DNA from: Beijerinckiaceae bacterium
Lineage (GTDB): Bacteria > Pseudomonadota > Alphaproteobacteria > Rhizobiales > Beijerinckiaceae
DNA length: 64,000 bases
Direction of reading: 5' to 3'
NCBI GenBank assembly: GCA_947453155.1
Contig: CANGFE010000004.1
Span: 7,101 to 71,100 of the forward strand
Part shown: in pieces, positions 49,013-58,455 of the stretch
How positions within the stretch are numbered: the first letter of the stretch is position 1
Layout: each line of letters begins with the position of its first letter
Translations under genes and position numbers: made by a program
Notes under the pieces: generated by a model
What the model was told of the DNA's origin: nothing
The model's database searches: none
What the model saw: only the letters and a program-made list of their open reading frames with translations

Positions 49013-50130
49013 CCAGCCTTGCCTATCCCTGCTTTTTTCATGAGATCCCGGATTTTCTTGATCGTTTCAGGCGTACTCGAATCCCAGTCCATCGGGATGG
49101 CCTTCACGTCTTCCCATGCCGGGAACAATTCGGGATCGGATGTCTTCACGCCCGGCCGGCCGAAAAACAATTCAGCGCCGGAATTCTTGACCGTTTCGAC
49201 ACCATGCGCGCTGCGCACGAAATCCATGAACAGCCTGGAGACATTGGGATGGGGCGCCTTCTTCAAGATGACCGGCGTATCGGGCATCAGCAAAATGCCC
49301 TCAGTGGGGAAGACCAGCTTGACGTCGATGTTCTGCTTGCGAAGAACACTGGTGTTCTTGCCGTGTCCCATGAGCGTGATCGGAAATTCTCCGGATCCAA
49401 CCCAACTGCGCCCTTCAGCCGTCTTCGAAAAATAGACAGGCTTTACGATCTGACCGAGCTTGATGAAAAATTCTTCACCGTTCGTGCGGCGGATGCTTTC
49501 AGCCATTTCAGCGAAGGAGAAGGATTGATTCACATCGCCTAGCGATACGAGACCTGCAAAGCGGGGATCGAGAAAGTCGTTCCAGCTCTTGGGATCGAAG
49601 TTTGTGATGCCCCTCTGCGCGAGGACTTTCACATTATACATAGGCTGATAGGTGCGCGCGTCTGAGGCCCAATATCCATCAAGCGAGAGACCAGCTTTCT
49701 TGGAGAGCGTATACTGGTCGTAATAGGGCGAGTGATATTCCAGCAGCTCTCCGCGCTTGTGCAGATCCTTGAACCAGGACCAAGCCGAAGCCCAGACAAT
49801 ATCGAAATTTGTCTTGTTAGCCTTGATCTGCTGTTCGACCTGCACAGCGAGCGGGCCGGAGCCGACGAAGGAATATTCCATCTTCAGATTTGGCAGGCCA
49901 TAATAGACCTTGAATTCATCCTGGATTTTTTTAGCTTCTTCAGGCTCGATGAAAACACCGGCCCAATGGAAGCTGCCTTCTTTCTTGGCTTCTTCAATCA
50001 GCTTGAGAACGCGATCGCGTTCGGCTGCATTTTGTTCATTCTTGATAATCGGTGGGGGATCATTTGCCCAGACAGGCCCCGCGCAAACCAAGGCGCCGAG
50101 CACGATCGCATTGAGAAGCTTTTGCAGCAT
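49009..50130 (-). CDS. ABC transporter substrate-binding protein (Fe3+/thiamine/polyamine structural class)
   Basis: Signal peptide; EEAKKEG, PKSWNDFLDP, GEFPI, APHPN. Confidence 0.87.
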   Translation of the reverse strand: MLQKLLNAIVLGALVCAGPVWANDPPPIIKNEQNAAERDRVLKLIEEAKKEGSFHWAGVFIEPEEAKKIQDEFKVYYGLPNLKMEYSFVGSGPLAVQVEQQIKANKTNFDIVWASAWSWFKDLHKRGELLEYHSPYYDQYTLSKKAGLSLDGYWASDARTYQPMYNVKVLAQRGITNFDPKSWNDFLDPRFAGLVSLGDVNQSFSFAEMAESIRRTNGEEFFIKLGQIVKPVYFSKTAEGRSWVGSGEFPITLMGHGKNTSVLRKQNIDVKLVFPTEGILLMPDTPVILKKAPHPNVSRLFMDFVRSAHGVETVKNSGAELFFGRPGVKTSDPELFPAWEDVKAIPMDWDSSTPETIKKIRDLMKKAGIGKAG

Positions 50131-50145
50131 GTGTCCCCCCAGATT

Positions 50146-51363
50146 TTAGTATTTTGATTTGTAGCGTTCCGGTATTTCCAGATTAAAGACCTTCGCGGCA
50201 TTTCCGCCAAGGATATTCCGCTTGCTCTGCTCGTTCAGGAACGGCAAATCGTAGATGCGCGAGGGAACGTCGAAATCCCAGTGCGGCCAATCCGATGCAT
50301 AAAGTAACTGCGTATCAGCCTTGATCGCCTCGAATGTGCCTTCCAACAATTTCATGTTGGTCGCCTCCATCGGCTGCACGGTGTAGAACATCTCCTGCAT
50401 ATATTCGCTGGGCAGACGCTTGAGCAGCGGTGCTTCCGAGACACGCATCAGATATTCATGATCGAGCCGCTGCATGAGGAACGGCACCCATGCCAGACCG
50501 CTCTCGATCCACATGACCTTGAGCTTTGGAAATCGCTCCGGGAGACCATTGATCACCCAATTTGTCATATGAACGAGATTGCTCAGCACGAAGCTGATTG
50601 CGTGCATCGACAGGAATCGATTGAGCTGCTTGGTATATTCATTGTTCCAGTTGTGATGCGCATGAAAGCCGATCGGCATCCCGGCTTCTTCGAGCATTGA
50701 ATAGACGCGCATATATTCATTTGCATGAACTGGCTGATAGCGTGTGCTGGTTACGAGAAAGCCGCACACTCCCTTGGCGCCGATGAAGCGCTTCACCATT
50801 GCTTCGGCGGCTTCGGGCGTGTTGAAGGGCAGATACAGCATGGCCTTCATCCGGGGCTCATGCGGCAACACGTGCTCGACGATCCAGCGATTATAGGCCA
50901 GCGCCAGCTCGACTTCCATTTCTCGCACCGGATGCATGCCGAGAAACAGCAACGCACTCGGGAAGAAAACCTGATAGCTGAGACCCATGGAATCCATGGC
51001 GCGCCGCGCCAAGGTCACCACGCGCGGAACGGATTTGTCGTCAATCTTCTCCTGCAATGCAGCGCCGTGCGGGATTCGTCCCCCCACATGCTGCATCTGA
51101 AGGCCAGGTTGATTGTTGATGAAGGCACCCCGCCCGGTGCCGCCACCGAAAAAGGCCGCAGCTTCACGCGTCGCATCATTTTCGATGAATTTCAAAACCT
51201 CGGGCCATGCCTCGGCGTCACCGATGTGAGAGTCCACATCGACGATGAGATAATCCTCCATGCGCCGATCAGCCGATTGTTGCTGCACCTTCGCAAGAAT
51301 ATCGTTCGAATGCGTATAAGCATCGATGATCGGAAGTTCTGAAATTTTCGGCTGGTCCGACAT
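50146..51363 (-). CDS. Amidohydrolase-fold (Amidohydro_2) metalloenzyme, possibly a dinuclear oxygenase
   Basis: DVDSH, AYNRW, GFH, ERFPKLK..IESG..W, SDWPHWD, GGNA. Confidence 0.88.
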   Translation of the reverse strand: MSDQPKISELPIIDAYTHSNDILAKVQQQSADRRMEDYLIVDVDSHIGDAEAWPEVLKFIENDATREAAAFFGGGTGRGAFINNQPGLQMQHVGGRIPHGAALQEKIDDKSVPRVVTLARRAMDSMGLSYQVFFPSALLFLGMHPVREMEVELALAYNRWIVEHVLPHEPRMKAMLYLPFNTPEAAEAMVKRFIGAKGVCGFLVTSTRYQPVHANEYMRVYSMLEEAGMPIGFHAHHNWNNEYTKQLNRFLSMHAISFVLSNLVHMTNWVINGLPERFPKLKVMWIESGLAWVPFLMQRLDHEYLMRVSEAPLLKRLPSEYMQEMFYTVQPMEATNMKLLEGTFEAIKADTQLLYASDWPHWDFDVPSRIYDLPFLNEQSKRNILGGNAAKVFNLEIPERYKSKY

Positions 51364-51397
51364 ATTTTTACTCCGTCAACCTGTTCATCGATGCTGC

Positions 51398-51715
51398 TTA
51401 GTCGCGCGGACGCGACGCCCACATCGACAGGTCAAATAGATTCAAATCCACCACATGCATGAGTTCGACGGTCAAAACAGCAACCTCGGTTGCCGAAATG
51501 CTCGCGCCTTCGAGAACGGGCGAAAAGTTTTTCTGGTTGGTGTCGATCTTGGCGGAGAATAATTTCAGCGCTGCGGTCAGTAGATTTTGGATCGTCTCAT
51601 TGCTGACATCGCGCACATGGCCGGCGTGCTCGATTTGCTGCACCTGCGCCCAGATGGCTTGCGCATCCAAGCACAGTTTCGCGGCTGCCGTTGCACCAAC
51701 CTCAGACTCGGACAT
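51398..51715 (-). CDS. Small hypothetical protein (105 aa) coupled to the Rieske gene
   Basis: GGAGG RBS within the Rieske 3' end; overlaps the Rieske stop; C-terminal DLNLFDLSMW. Confidence 0.7.
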   Translation of the reverse strand: MSESEVGATAAAKLCLDAQAIWAQVQQIEHAGHVRDVSNETIQNLLTAALKLFSAKIDTNQKNFSPVLEGASISATEVAVLTVELMHVVDLNLFDLSMWASRPRD

Positions 51716-52067
51716 AGACGCCTCCATCGCGGATGGAGACGGGAACACTCTTCAGCTTGAGGGAGCTTGCGCCCGCATAATTGCCGGTGCGCACATCGAA
51801 TTCGAAGCCGTGCCAGGGGCAGACGATATTGAGGCTGCCCTCTTTGTAATGGATGCCCAGGCTTTTCTTGTCGTCGTCCAGGCGCTCCTCGACCGCCTTC
51901 ATCAACCGGCCCTGGCAGACAGGCCCGCCCTGATGCGGACAATGATTGAGCCAGGCGACGATCTCGGTCCCGACAAGGAAAATGCCGATTTCGACGCCGT
52001 CGACCGAAACGACCTTGCGACCCTCTTCCGCCAAAGCGGCTTGGCTGGCGACCAGAACTTCGCCCAT
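51702..52067 (-). CDS. Rieske [2Fe-2S] ferredoxin
   Basis: CPHQGGP and CPWHG ligand motifs. Confidence 0.92.
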   Translation of the reverse strand: MGEVLVASQAALAEEGRKVVSVDGVEIGIFLVGTEIVAWLNHCPHQGGPVCQGRLMKAVEERLDDDKKSLGIHYKEGSLNIVCPWHGFEFDVRTGNYAGASSLKLKSVPVSIRDGGVYVRV

Positions 52068-52119
52068 GCGCGCAACCCCCCAATTATTCTTAAGGTCGAG
52101 CCTATGGGGGTGGGCTATT

Positions 52120-52134
52120 ATAGACAAATGCTAT
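52120..52134. promoter_or_regulatory. LysR-type binding site
   Basis: ATAG-N7-CTAT (T-N11-A) in the divergent promoter region. Confidence 0.65.
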
Positions 52135-52162
52135 TTCAGCATTCTTAAAATGCTTTATAACT

Positions 52163-53074
52163 ATGGCCATGGATCTCATCAGTCTTCGCTCCTTCATAAA
52201 AATCGCGGAATTGGGTAGCATCACTCATGCGGCGGAATTGCTGCATCAGGCGCAGCCCTCGCTGACGCGACGCATTCACGGCCTTGAGGCAGATCTTGGC
52301 GTGAAGCTCTTTGCCCGGGTCAACCGTGGCGTCCGCCTGACCGAGGCCGGCGAACGCCTGCTGGAAGGTGCGGCGCGCATTCTGCAGGACATTGATCAAT
52401 TGCGTGACGATGTGGTGGCACAGGAAATCACTCCGCGCGGCACGGTGGTGCTCGGCATCACGCCAACTTTATGTCCAGTTATTCTGCCGAAACTGATTTC
52501 CGCGGTAGCCGCCTATCCGCAGATTCAGCTCAAGATCGAGCAGCGCGGCAGCCTTGCGCTACCGGAATTGATTCTGAACGGCCATGTGGATCTCGGCATT
52601 CTTGCCGACATGACCAAGAACAGGCTGCTCGCTCGCACCGAGGTCGCGCGGGAGGAAATGGTTCTTGTCACGGGCCCGCAATCCACCGGCATTGCAGGCG
52701 AGATCGTCGATTGGCAAAATCTCTCACGCCTACCGCTGGTGCTGACGCATACAATTCAATTGATCATGCAGAAATTGATGACCTCGAAAGAGGCGCATCT
52801 GAATATCAAGGCTGTCATCAACAGCCTGGAAGCACTGCGCGTGCTGGTGCAGGAGAACCAGTGCGCGACAATCCTGCCCTATTCATTCTGCCGTCGTGAA
52901 TATCTCATGGGGCTGTTCAAGATCTATCGCATTCTTGATGACAGCATGAAGCGCAAACTGGTCATCGCGACAGCCCGGTCGCGGCAAAAGCCGCCGGCAG
53001 TCAAGCTTGTCTCAAGCCTATGTGCCGAGATTTTCGCTGACCTCGACACACAGGGAATGTTCAAGATCACATGA
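52163..53074 (+). CDS. LysR family transcriptional regulator
   Basis: GSITHAAELLHQAQPSLTRRI..LE..LG..LF.R...LTEAG. Confidence 0.95.
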   Translation: MAMDLISLRSFIKIAELGSITHAAELLHQAQPSLTRRIHGLEADLGVKLFARVNRGVRLTEAGERLLEGAARILQDIDQLRDDVVAQEITPRGTVVLGITPTLCPVILPKLISAVAAYPQIQLKIEQRGSLALPELILNGHVDLGILADMTKNRLLARTEVAREEMVLVTGPQSTGIAGEIVDWQNLSRLPLVLTHTIQLIMQKLMTSKEAHLNIKAVINSLEALRVLVQENQCATILPYSFCRREYLMGLFKIYRILDDSMKRKLVIATARSRQKPPAVKLVSSLCAEIFADLDTQGMFKIT

Positions 53075-53313
53075 GCGCCAGCCGGTCGCGCGCGAGAAGC
53101 AACCGGCACGGCACAAACGAGAGGGAGTGATGCGCGAAAGCAGCAAAACAATCGCAAAACTGATGCTTCGTGTTATTGTCGAGAATGAGTGGGCGACCGC
53201 CAGCTGAATTGAACAGGCGCGACGTCGCCTGCACGGTAACAATTACGTTTGCCCTGCAGCTATATTTCGCATGAGACTTTTTCGCTCCGCTTGATGGGCA
53301 TATAACTGTTTAA

Positions 53314-54717
53314 CTACCGTTCTCGAAATGCGTTTTCTTTGACAGCGACAAGAGGTTTCAAGAGATAAGTTAGTATGCTCTTGCTTCCTGTGATGATCTC
53401 AACCTGCGCCTGCATACCAGGAATCACTGGCAACCGCCTTCCAAGAGATTCAAGACTGGAATGCGTTTCAATCCGCGCTAAAAAATAAAACGAATTTGTC
53501 TGCGCACGATCTTCAGTGGAAATGGCATCAGCACCAATCTGCGTCAAAACCCCTTCCATACTGCCAAAGATTGAATAATCATATGCTGTCAATTTTACTC
53601 GAGCCTTCATTCCAGGATTGATGAAACCTATATCCTGCGTCCGGATCTTCGCTTCAATGACCAGCTGATCATCAACAGGCACAATTTCTGCAATAGGCTC
53701 ACCAGGCTTGATAACGCCGCCGATCGTTGTCACAAAAAGGCGATTGAGCACACCTTTAACAGGCGCACGCACCTCTGTACGATCAACCTTGTCAGTCAAT
53801 GCAGGAAGACTTTTTTGCAAGGAACGTAATTCAACGATCAGCTTACCAAGTTCGGCAGCTGCTTCTGACCTAAACTGCTGCTGAACCTGAGTGCGTTTTG
53901 CAGCAATTTCTTCTATGCCTGCATCCAAACGCGGAATTGCAATACGGGCGGATTCCAAACGCCCCTCGAGCTCCGTGATTTTTCCTTGAAGCCGCAGTAA
54001 TTCCAGTCTTGGCTCGAGCCCGCGCTCAACAAGACGCGAGACAATTTCAAGCTCCTTTTGGGCATTGCCAAGATTAGCACGCGCAGTCTCAAGTATGTTC
54101 CTCGTATCCTCGGATTCCTGACGCTTTTGCGCTATCTGGCTTTCGATAACGCTCAAATCTGCCTGGTGGCGGGCTTGCCGACCTAAAAACTCTGATGTTT
54201 CTTGAACAACAAACTCATTCCACTCTTGTTTGATATCATCATCAAAAACAGGCGTGACACCATCAAACTCTGCCCTTAAACGTGCTGCCTTCGCAGAAAA
54301 AGCTCCAACTTGTTGGCGCCTAGTATCACGATCAGCACCAAATTGTGTCGCAGACAGACTGAGTAAAAGGGCACCACTTTCAACAGTTTCGCCCTGCCTC
54401 ACATTAATGGATTGAACAATACCGCCCTCTAGATTTTGGACAATCTGTAATCGCGCGGACGGAATAACACGCCCGTCAGCGCGCGTCAGATCCTCAACAT
54501 GGGCAAAGGAGGCCCAGATCACCAATAGCAGGAATGTTGCGCCAATACTGTAGAGAAGTAATTGCGAAGATTGACTGGGATTCTTTACCCTTGACGCCAA
54601 AGCAATGGCAGGATGACCACCATCACCAATCACCTCAAAATTCATAATTGCGTGAACGAGGCGCGAAATAAAACCACGAACAAAAGTGAATTTCTCGCGC
54701 AGAATTTCAAATCTCAT
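53314..54717 (-). CDS. HlyD family type I secretion membrane fusion protein
   Basis: GRVIPS..QIVQNLEGG, RAPVKG, GGVIKPGE, DIGFI, AYDYSIFG, PGM, YLLKP. Confidence 0.95.
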   Translation of the reverse strand: MRFEILREKFTFVRGFISRLVHAIMNFEVIGDGGHPAIALASRVKNPSQSSQLLLYSIGATFLLLVIWASFAHVEDLTRADGRVIPSARLQIVQNLEGGIVQSINVRQGETVESGALLLSLSATQFGADRDTRRQQVGAFSAKAARLRAEFDGVTPVFDDDIKQEWNEFVVQETSEFLGRQARHQADLSVIESQIAQKRQESEDTRNILETARANLGNAQKELEIVSRLVERGLEPRLELLRLQGKITELEGRLESARIAIPRLDAGIEEIAAKRTQVQQQFRSEAAAELGKLIVELRSLQKSLPALTDKVDRTEVRAPVKGVLNRLFVTTIGGVIKPGEPIAEIVPVDDQLVIEAKIRTQDIGFINPGMKARVKLTAYDYSIFGSMEGVLTQIGADAISTEDRAQTNSFYFLARIETHSSLESLGRRLPVIPGMQAQVEIITGSKSILTYLLKPLVAVKENAFRER

Positions 54718-56861
54718 TGATTCACACCTGATTGCGAAAAACGACGCAATATCTCGTCTTTTGGGCCCTGTGCGGCCATTCTCCCATCTTGGAGGACAAT
54801 AATACGATCAACCAAAGAAAAAAGTGATGCGCGATGTGTAACAACAATCAATGTTTTGTTTTGTACAATGCCATTCATCCGATTGATCAAGAGACGTTCA
54901 GTATTTATGTCAAACGCGCTTGTGGCTTCATCAAAAATTACGATCGACGGCTTGCCAACAAGGGCCCGAGCAATAGCAATAGCTTGTCGCTGCCCTCCTG
55001 ATAAGCCTTCGCCCCTCTCCTTTAGCCTCAAACCATAACCCTCAGGATGATTGGCGATAAAATCATGAGCACAAGCTATGTGGGCGGCTTCTAGAATATC
55101 AGCATCTGAAGGATGCTCGGCACCAACAGCAATGTTTTCCTTGACGGTGCCTGAAAACAACCAGACATCTTGCATCACCGCACCTATACAGCTCCTGATC
55201 TCAGCCGCATCATATTGATTGAAATCAATTCCATCGATCAGGATACGCCCTTTGGTTGGCTTGTAGAGGCCAAGAATTAATTTGGTGATTGTCGATTTAC
55301 CAGACCCAACTGGACCAACAAAGGCAACCCGTTCACCGGCATTAATCCGGAAGGAAATATCCTCCAAACCACCTTTTGTCTGACCTGGATAACAAAAAGA
55401 AACGTTCTGAAATTCTATAGCACCCTTGAGCAAGCCAAAATTAACATGAGCGTCGCGTTTTCCATTCTCACGCGGCATTAGCATGATTGATGAAAGGTTA
55501 TGATAACTCGCCAACGATTGATTTAGACGCGTAAGCAATTGTGCGAGTTGCGCGAGCGGAGAAATAACGCGGCCAGCCAACATGGATGCTGCCACAATCG
55601 CACCTGTACCTATTTGTCCCGCTTGCACGAGAAAAAAACCGTATGTAACGACCCCAACCCAGACCACCTGCCCCGCCAGATTCGCAACATTGCCCGCAAT
55701 CTGGCTTAGCATGCGCGTTTTAAGACCAATAACCGCCTGATGAGATACCGCTTCCTGCCAACGCCTCCGCATCAAGGCGCCCATACTGAGGGCCTTGATC
55801 GTTTCGAGACCTGCGAGGGTCTCAACCAGAATTGAGTTTTTGGTCTCAGCGTCTTCCTGGCTAGTCTTTACAAGCTTTTTCAAGGTTGGCTGCACCGCAA
55901 TGCTTGCGAAAACGACCAATGGTGCAATTAACAAAGGTACAAACACCAAAGGACCTGCAACAGAATAGATAACAAATAAGAAAATAATCGAAAAAGGGAT
56001 ATCAATTAACACAGTCAATGTAGCAGATGTCAGAAAATCACGAAGCGACTCAAATTCTCTCATAACACTGATGGTCGATCCGATAGAACGGTTTCGAGCA
56101 CTCATCTCAACATCAACCACACGCTCGAAAAGCGTATCGGCAATGATCATGTCGGCGCGCGCACCCGCAATATCAAGAAAATATGCCCGCAAGCTCCGAA
56201 TGATAAAGTCACTTGCAAAGACGATAGAAATTCCAAAAAGCAGTGCAATTAATGTTTCCTGCGCACCATTTGGCATCACGCGATCATAGACGATCATCGA
56301 AAATATGGAGGCGGCCAAAGCAAATATATTTGTCAAAAGAGCTGCAATGCCGACCTGAATATAGGTAGTACGAGCGGAAAGAATTGGCCCCCAGAACCAA
56401 TGACCGAGCCGACCCATAAGCTGCTCATTTTCATTTTCTAGACGGAGTGGCGGCCTCACTTCGACGACACTCGCTCCAATCCAATTTTTGAAATCCTCTA
56501 GATCCGCCGAAACAACGGTGTCGGAAAAGGTAGGGTTAAGGATCAAAATAGAACCTTCCCGATTGCGTTCACCGGTTAATATCATTGCTTGCCCATCATC
56601 ACGGACAAGCAAAGCAGTTGTTGCAAAATCATCATCAAGAGAAAAATGCGCAGAACGAAATTCTGCTTGGATAGATTGACTTTCTAGTGCCTCAATGAAC
56701 TCTTCAGCGGACCAAAAATCAGACTTTCTGGCAACAATTGACCGCAATGCAGCGCGGGACATTGGTCGGCCGAAACGACGAAGCACCCAAACCGCACAAT
56801 GTTCGATCGGATCAATGTCAGTCACAAAAGAGCCTGACGAAAGTCGTTCAGAAACAATCAT
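54714..56861 (-). CDS. Type I secretion ABC transporter (LapB/HlyB-like)
   Basis: VYDRVMP, DIPF, GPVGSGKST, ERGEGLSGGQRQ, DEATS. Confidence 0.95.
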   Translation of the reverse strand: MIVSERLSSGSFVTDIDPIEHCAVWVLRRFGRPMSRAALRSIVARKSDFWSAEEFIEALESQSIQAEFRSAHFSLDDDFATTALLVRDDGQAMILTGERNREGSILILNPTFSDTVVSADLEDFKNWIGASVVEVRPPLRLENENEQLMGRLGHWFWGPILSARTTYIQVGIAALLTNIFALAASIFSMIVYDRVMPNGAQETLIALLFGISIVFASDFIIRSLRAYFLDIAGARADMIIADTLFERVVDVEMSARNRSIGSTISVMREFESLRDFLTSATLTVLIDIPFSIIFLFVIYSVAGPLVFVPLLIAPLVVFASIAVQPTLKKLVKTSQEDAETKNSILVETLAGLETIKALSMGALMRRRWQEAVSHQAVIGLKTRMLSQIAGNVANLAGQVVWVGVVTYGFFLVQAGQIGTGAIVAASMLAGRVISPLAQLAQLLTRLNQSLASYHNLSSIMLMPRENGKRDAHVNFGLLKGAIEFQNVSFCYPGQTKGGLEDISFRINAGERVAFVGPVGSGKSTITKLILGLYKPTKGRILIDGIDFNQYDAAEIRSCIGAVMQDVWLFSGTVKENIAVGAEHPSDADILEAAHIACAHDFIANHPEGYGLRLKERGEGLSGGQRQAIAIARALVGKPSIVIFDEATSAFDINTERLLINRMNGIVQNKTLIVVTHRASLFSLVDRIIVLQDGRMAAQGPKDEILRRFSQSGVNQ

Positions 56862-58423
56862 TATCTGACATTCCCTGGCAATACAGAGAGAAGCTCTTTT
56901 GGCAGGTAGGCTATGTCACCAATTTTGAATATGTGATCTAATTGAGACGAGAAAAAAAGAAGTCTGTATCGCGCTATCAAACGGTCAGCGAGCGTCTCAA
57001 TAATTTCTTTACCCGCCAGATAAAGCTCTTCCTGTGTTTTGATTGTATCAAGCAAAGAGCCTCTATTGAATCGAAACTGCTCTTGGACTGCTTCCATAGA
57101 CCGTACGGCGGCTATGGCCGACCGAACGCGAGCGGCTCGGAGGTCATCGCTGTTTTTAACCTCGGCCTTCGCTTGCGACAATCCTCTCTCAAACTGTCTG
57201 CGGACAAGGTCAAATTCAAAGGCAGCGCGTCCGGCTCGAAAGGCCGCCTGTTCACTGCGAGCTGTGTCAGCTCCACCAGTGTAAAAATCATAACGCATTG
57301 CCAAAATAGCAGTCGTGTCTGTGCCGGTCCTCCCGATTGAGATGCCATCCCACGAACGACGCGTATGGCTAACCTCAACATTGATCTTGGGTAAAATCTT
57401 TGCTCTTGATGCCTCTGCATCAAGTTCTGCAGCAAGACGAGCGGCCTCTCTAGATCGTGCAGGGGCATAGAGACGAACAAGATCAGCTAGAGGCTTGTTT
57501 GCTTTACTGACATCAGGATCGATTGGAGCAGGCAATATCTCAGGAGCATCGCGGCCAAAAACTTCTGCAAATTGTGCTTCTGCTGCCCGCAACTTGTTAG
57601 CGACGGATGTAACATTTGCTAAAGCTTCAACATAGCGTCCATCGGCACGTGTTACATCGGCATCAGAACCGCCACCGGCAATGGACCTCTCTGAAACCTG
57701 ATCGCGAAGAGCTTTACGAGATGCAACATTCTGCTCAGCCAGCAGAAATTGCGAACGCGTACGAAGAATATCGATATAGGCGATAACAGCTCGCATGGTA
57801 AATTCAGAGCGAGCAGCTTCAAGTTCAGCCAAAGCCTGACGTTGACGAGCTAAACCTGCATCATAAGCATTTGAGGTAGCGCTAAAATCATAAATTAACT
57901 GACGAACGGTAAGGCCCAAAGACGGTGATCGGCTTTTTTGTACTCCAGCCTCACTTGTCGAGGATAATCCGAAGCTCCGATATCCTAAATCACCAACGCC
58001 GGATACTTGTGGCATAAAGCCTGAAAATATTTCACGGGCCGCTGATGATGAAAAATTAACATCAGTCACAGCGAGTTTAACCGACGGATGTGTCAATACA
58101 GCGCCACGAACAGCTTCTATGAATTGATCGTGGCCCTGTTTGGGCATTTTTGCTGATGCTTGGGAAGCAATTAAATTCACTGTTGCTGTGAGAGCATCTC
58201 CTGAAGCTGTACTTCCCGAGGCTTGAAAGGGGAAAAGAGGCGATGAAACAACCGCAAGCTTGTCACTTTTAAGCTTTGGGGGTGTTTTAGACCCAGTATC
58301 TGCTTCTTGCGCGTTGCCTTCGCTACAGGTCAAAACAAAGCTCGCAAGCAATATGCCGAGCCATGAGGTCGCCAGCAATACTCTAGTCTGAAGATGATAT
58401 CGGAACTGCACGTTCGACTCCAC
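56861..58423 (-). CDS. TolC family outer membrane protein (LapE/AggA-like)
   Basis: HPSV, QLIYDF, AYIDILR, QFRFNRGSLLD; position in T1SS operon. Confidence 0.88.
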   Translation of the reverse strand: MESNVQFRYHLQTRVLLATSWLGILLASFVLTCSEGNAQEADTGSKTPPKLKSDKLAVVSSPLFPFQASGSTASGDALTATVNLIASQASAKMPKQGHDQFIEAVRGAVLTHPSVKLAVTDVNFSSSAAREIFSGFMPQVSGVGDLGYRSFGLSSTSEAGVQKSRSPSLGLTVRQLIYDFSATSNAYDAGLARQRQALAELEAARSEFTMRAVIAYIDILRTRSQFLLAEQNVASRKALRDQVSERSIAGGGSDADVTRADGRYVEALANVTSVANKLRAAEAQFAEVFGRDAPEILPAPIDPDVSKANKPLADLVRLYAPARSREAARLAAELDAEASRAKILPKINVEVSHTRRSWDGISIGRTGTDTTAILAMRYDFYTGGADTARSEQAAFRAGRAAFEFDLVRRQFERGLSQAKAEVKNSDDLRAARVRSAIAAVRSMEAVQEQFRFNRGSLLDTIKTQEELYLAGKEIIETLADRLIARYRLLFFSSQLDHIFKIGDIAYLPKELLSVLPGNVR

Positions 58424-58455
58424 TCAACACTCAGATATTCTATGAAGCAAAATAG

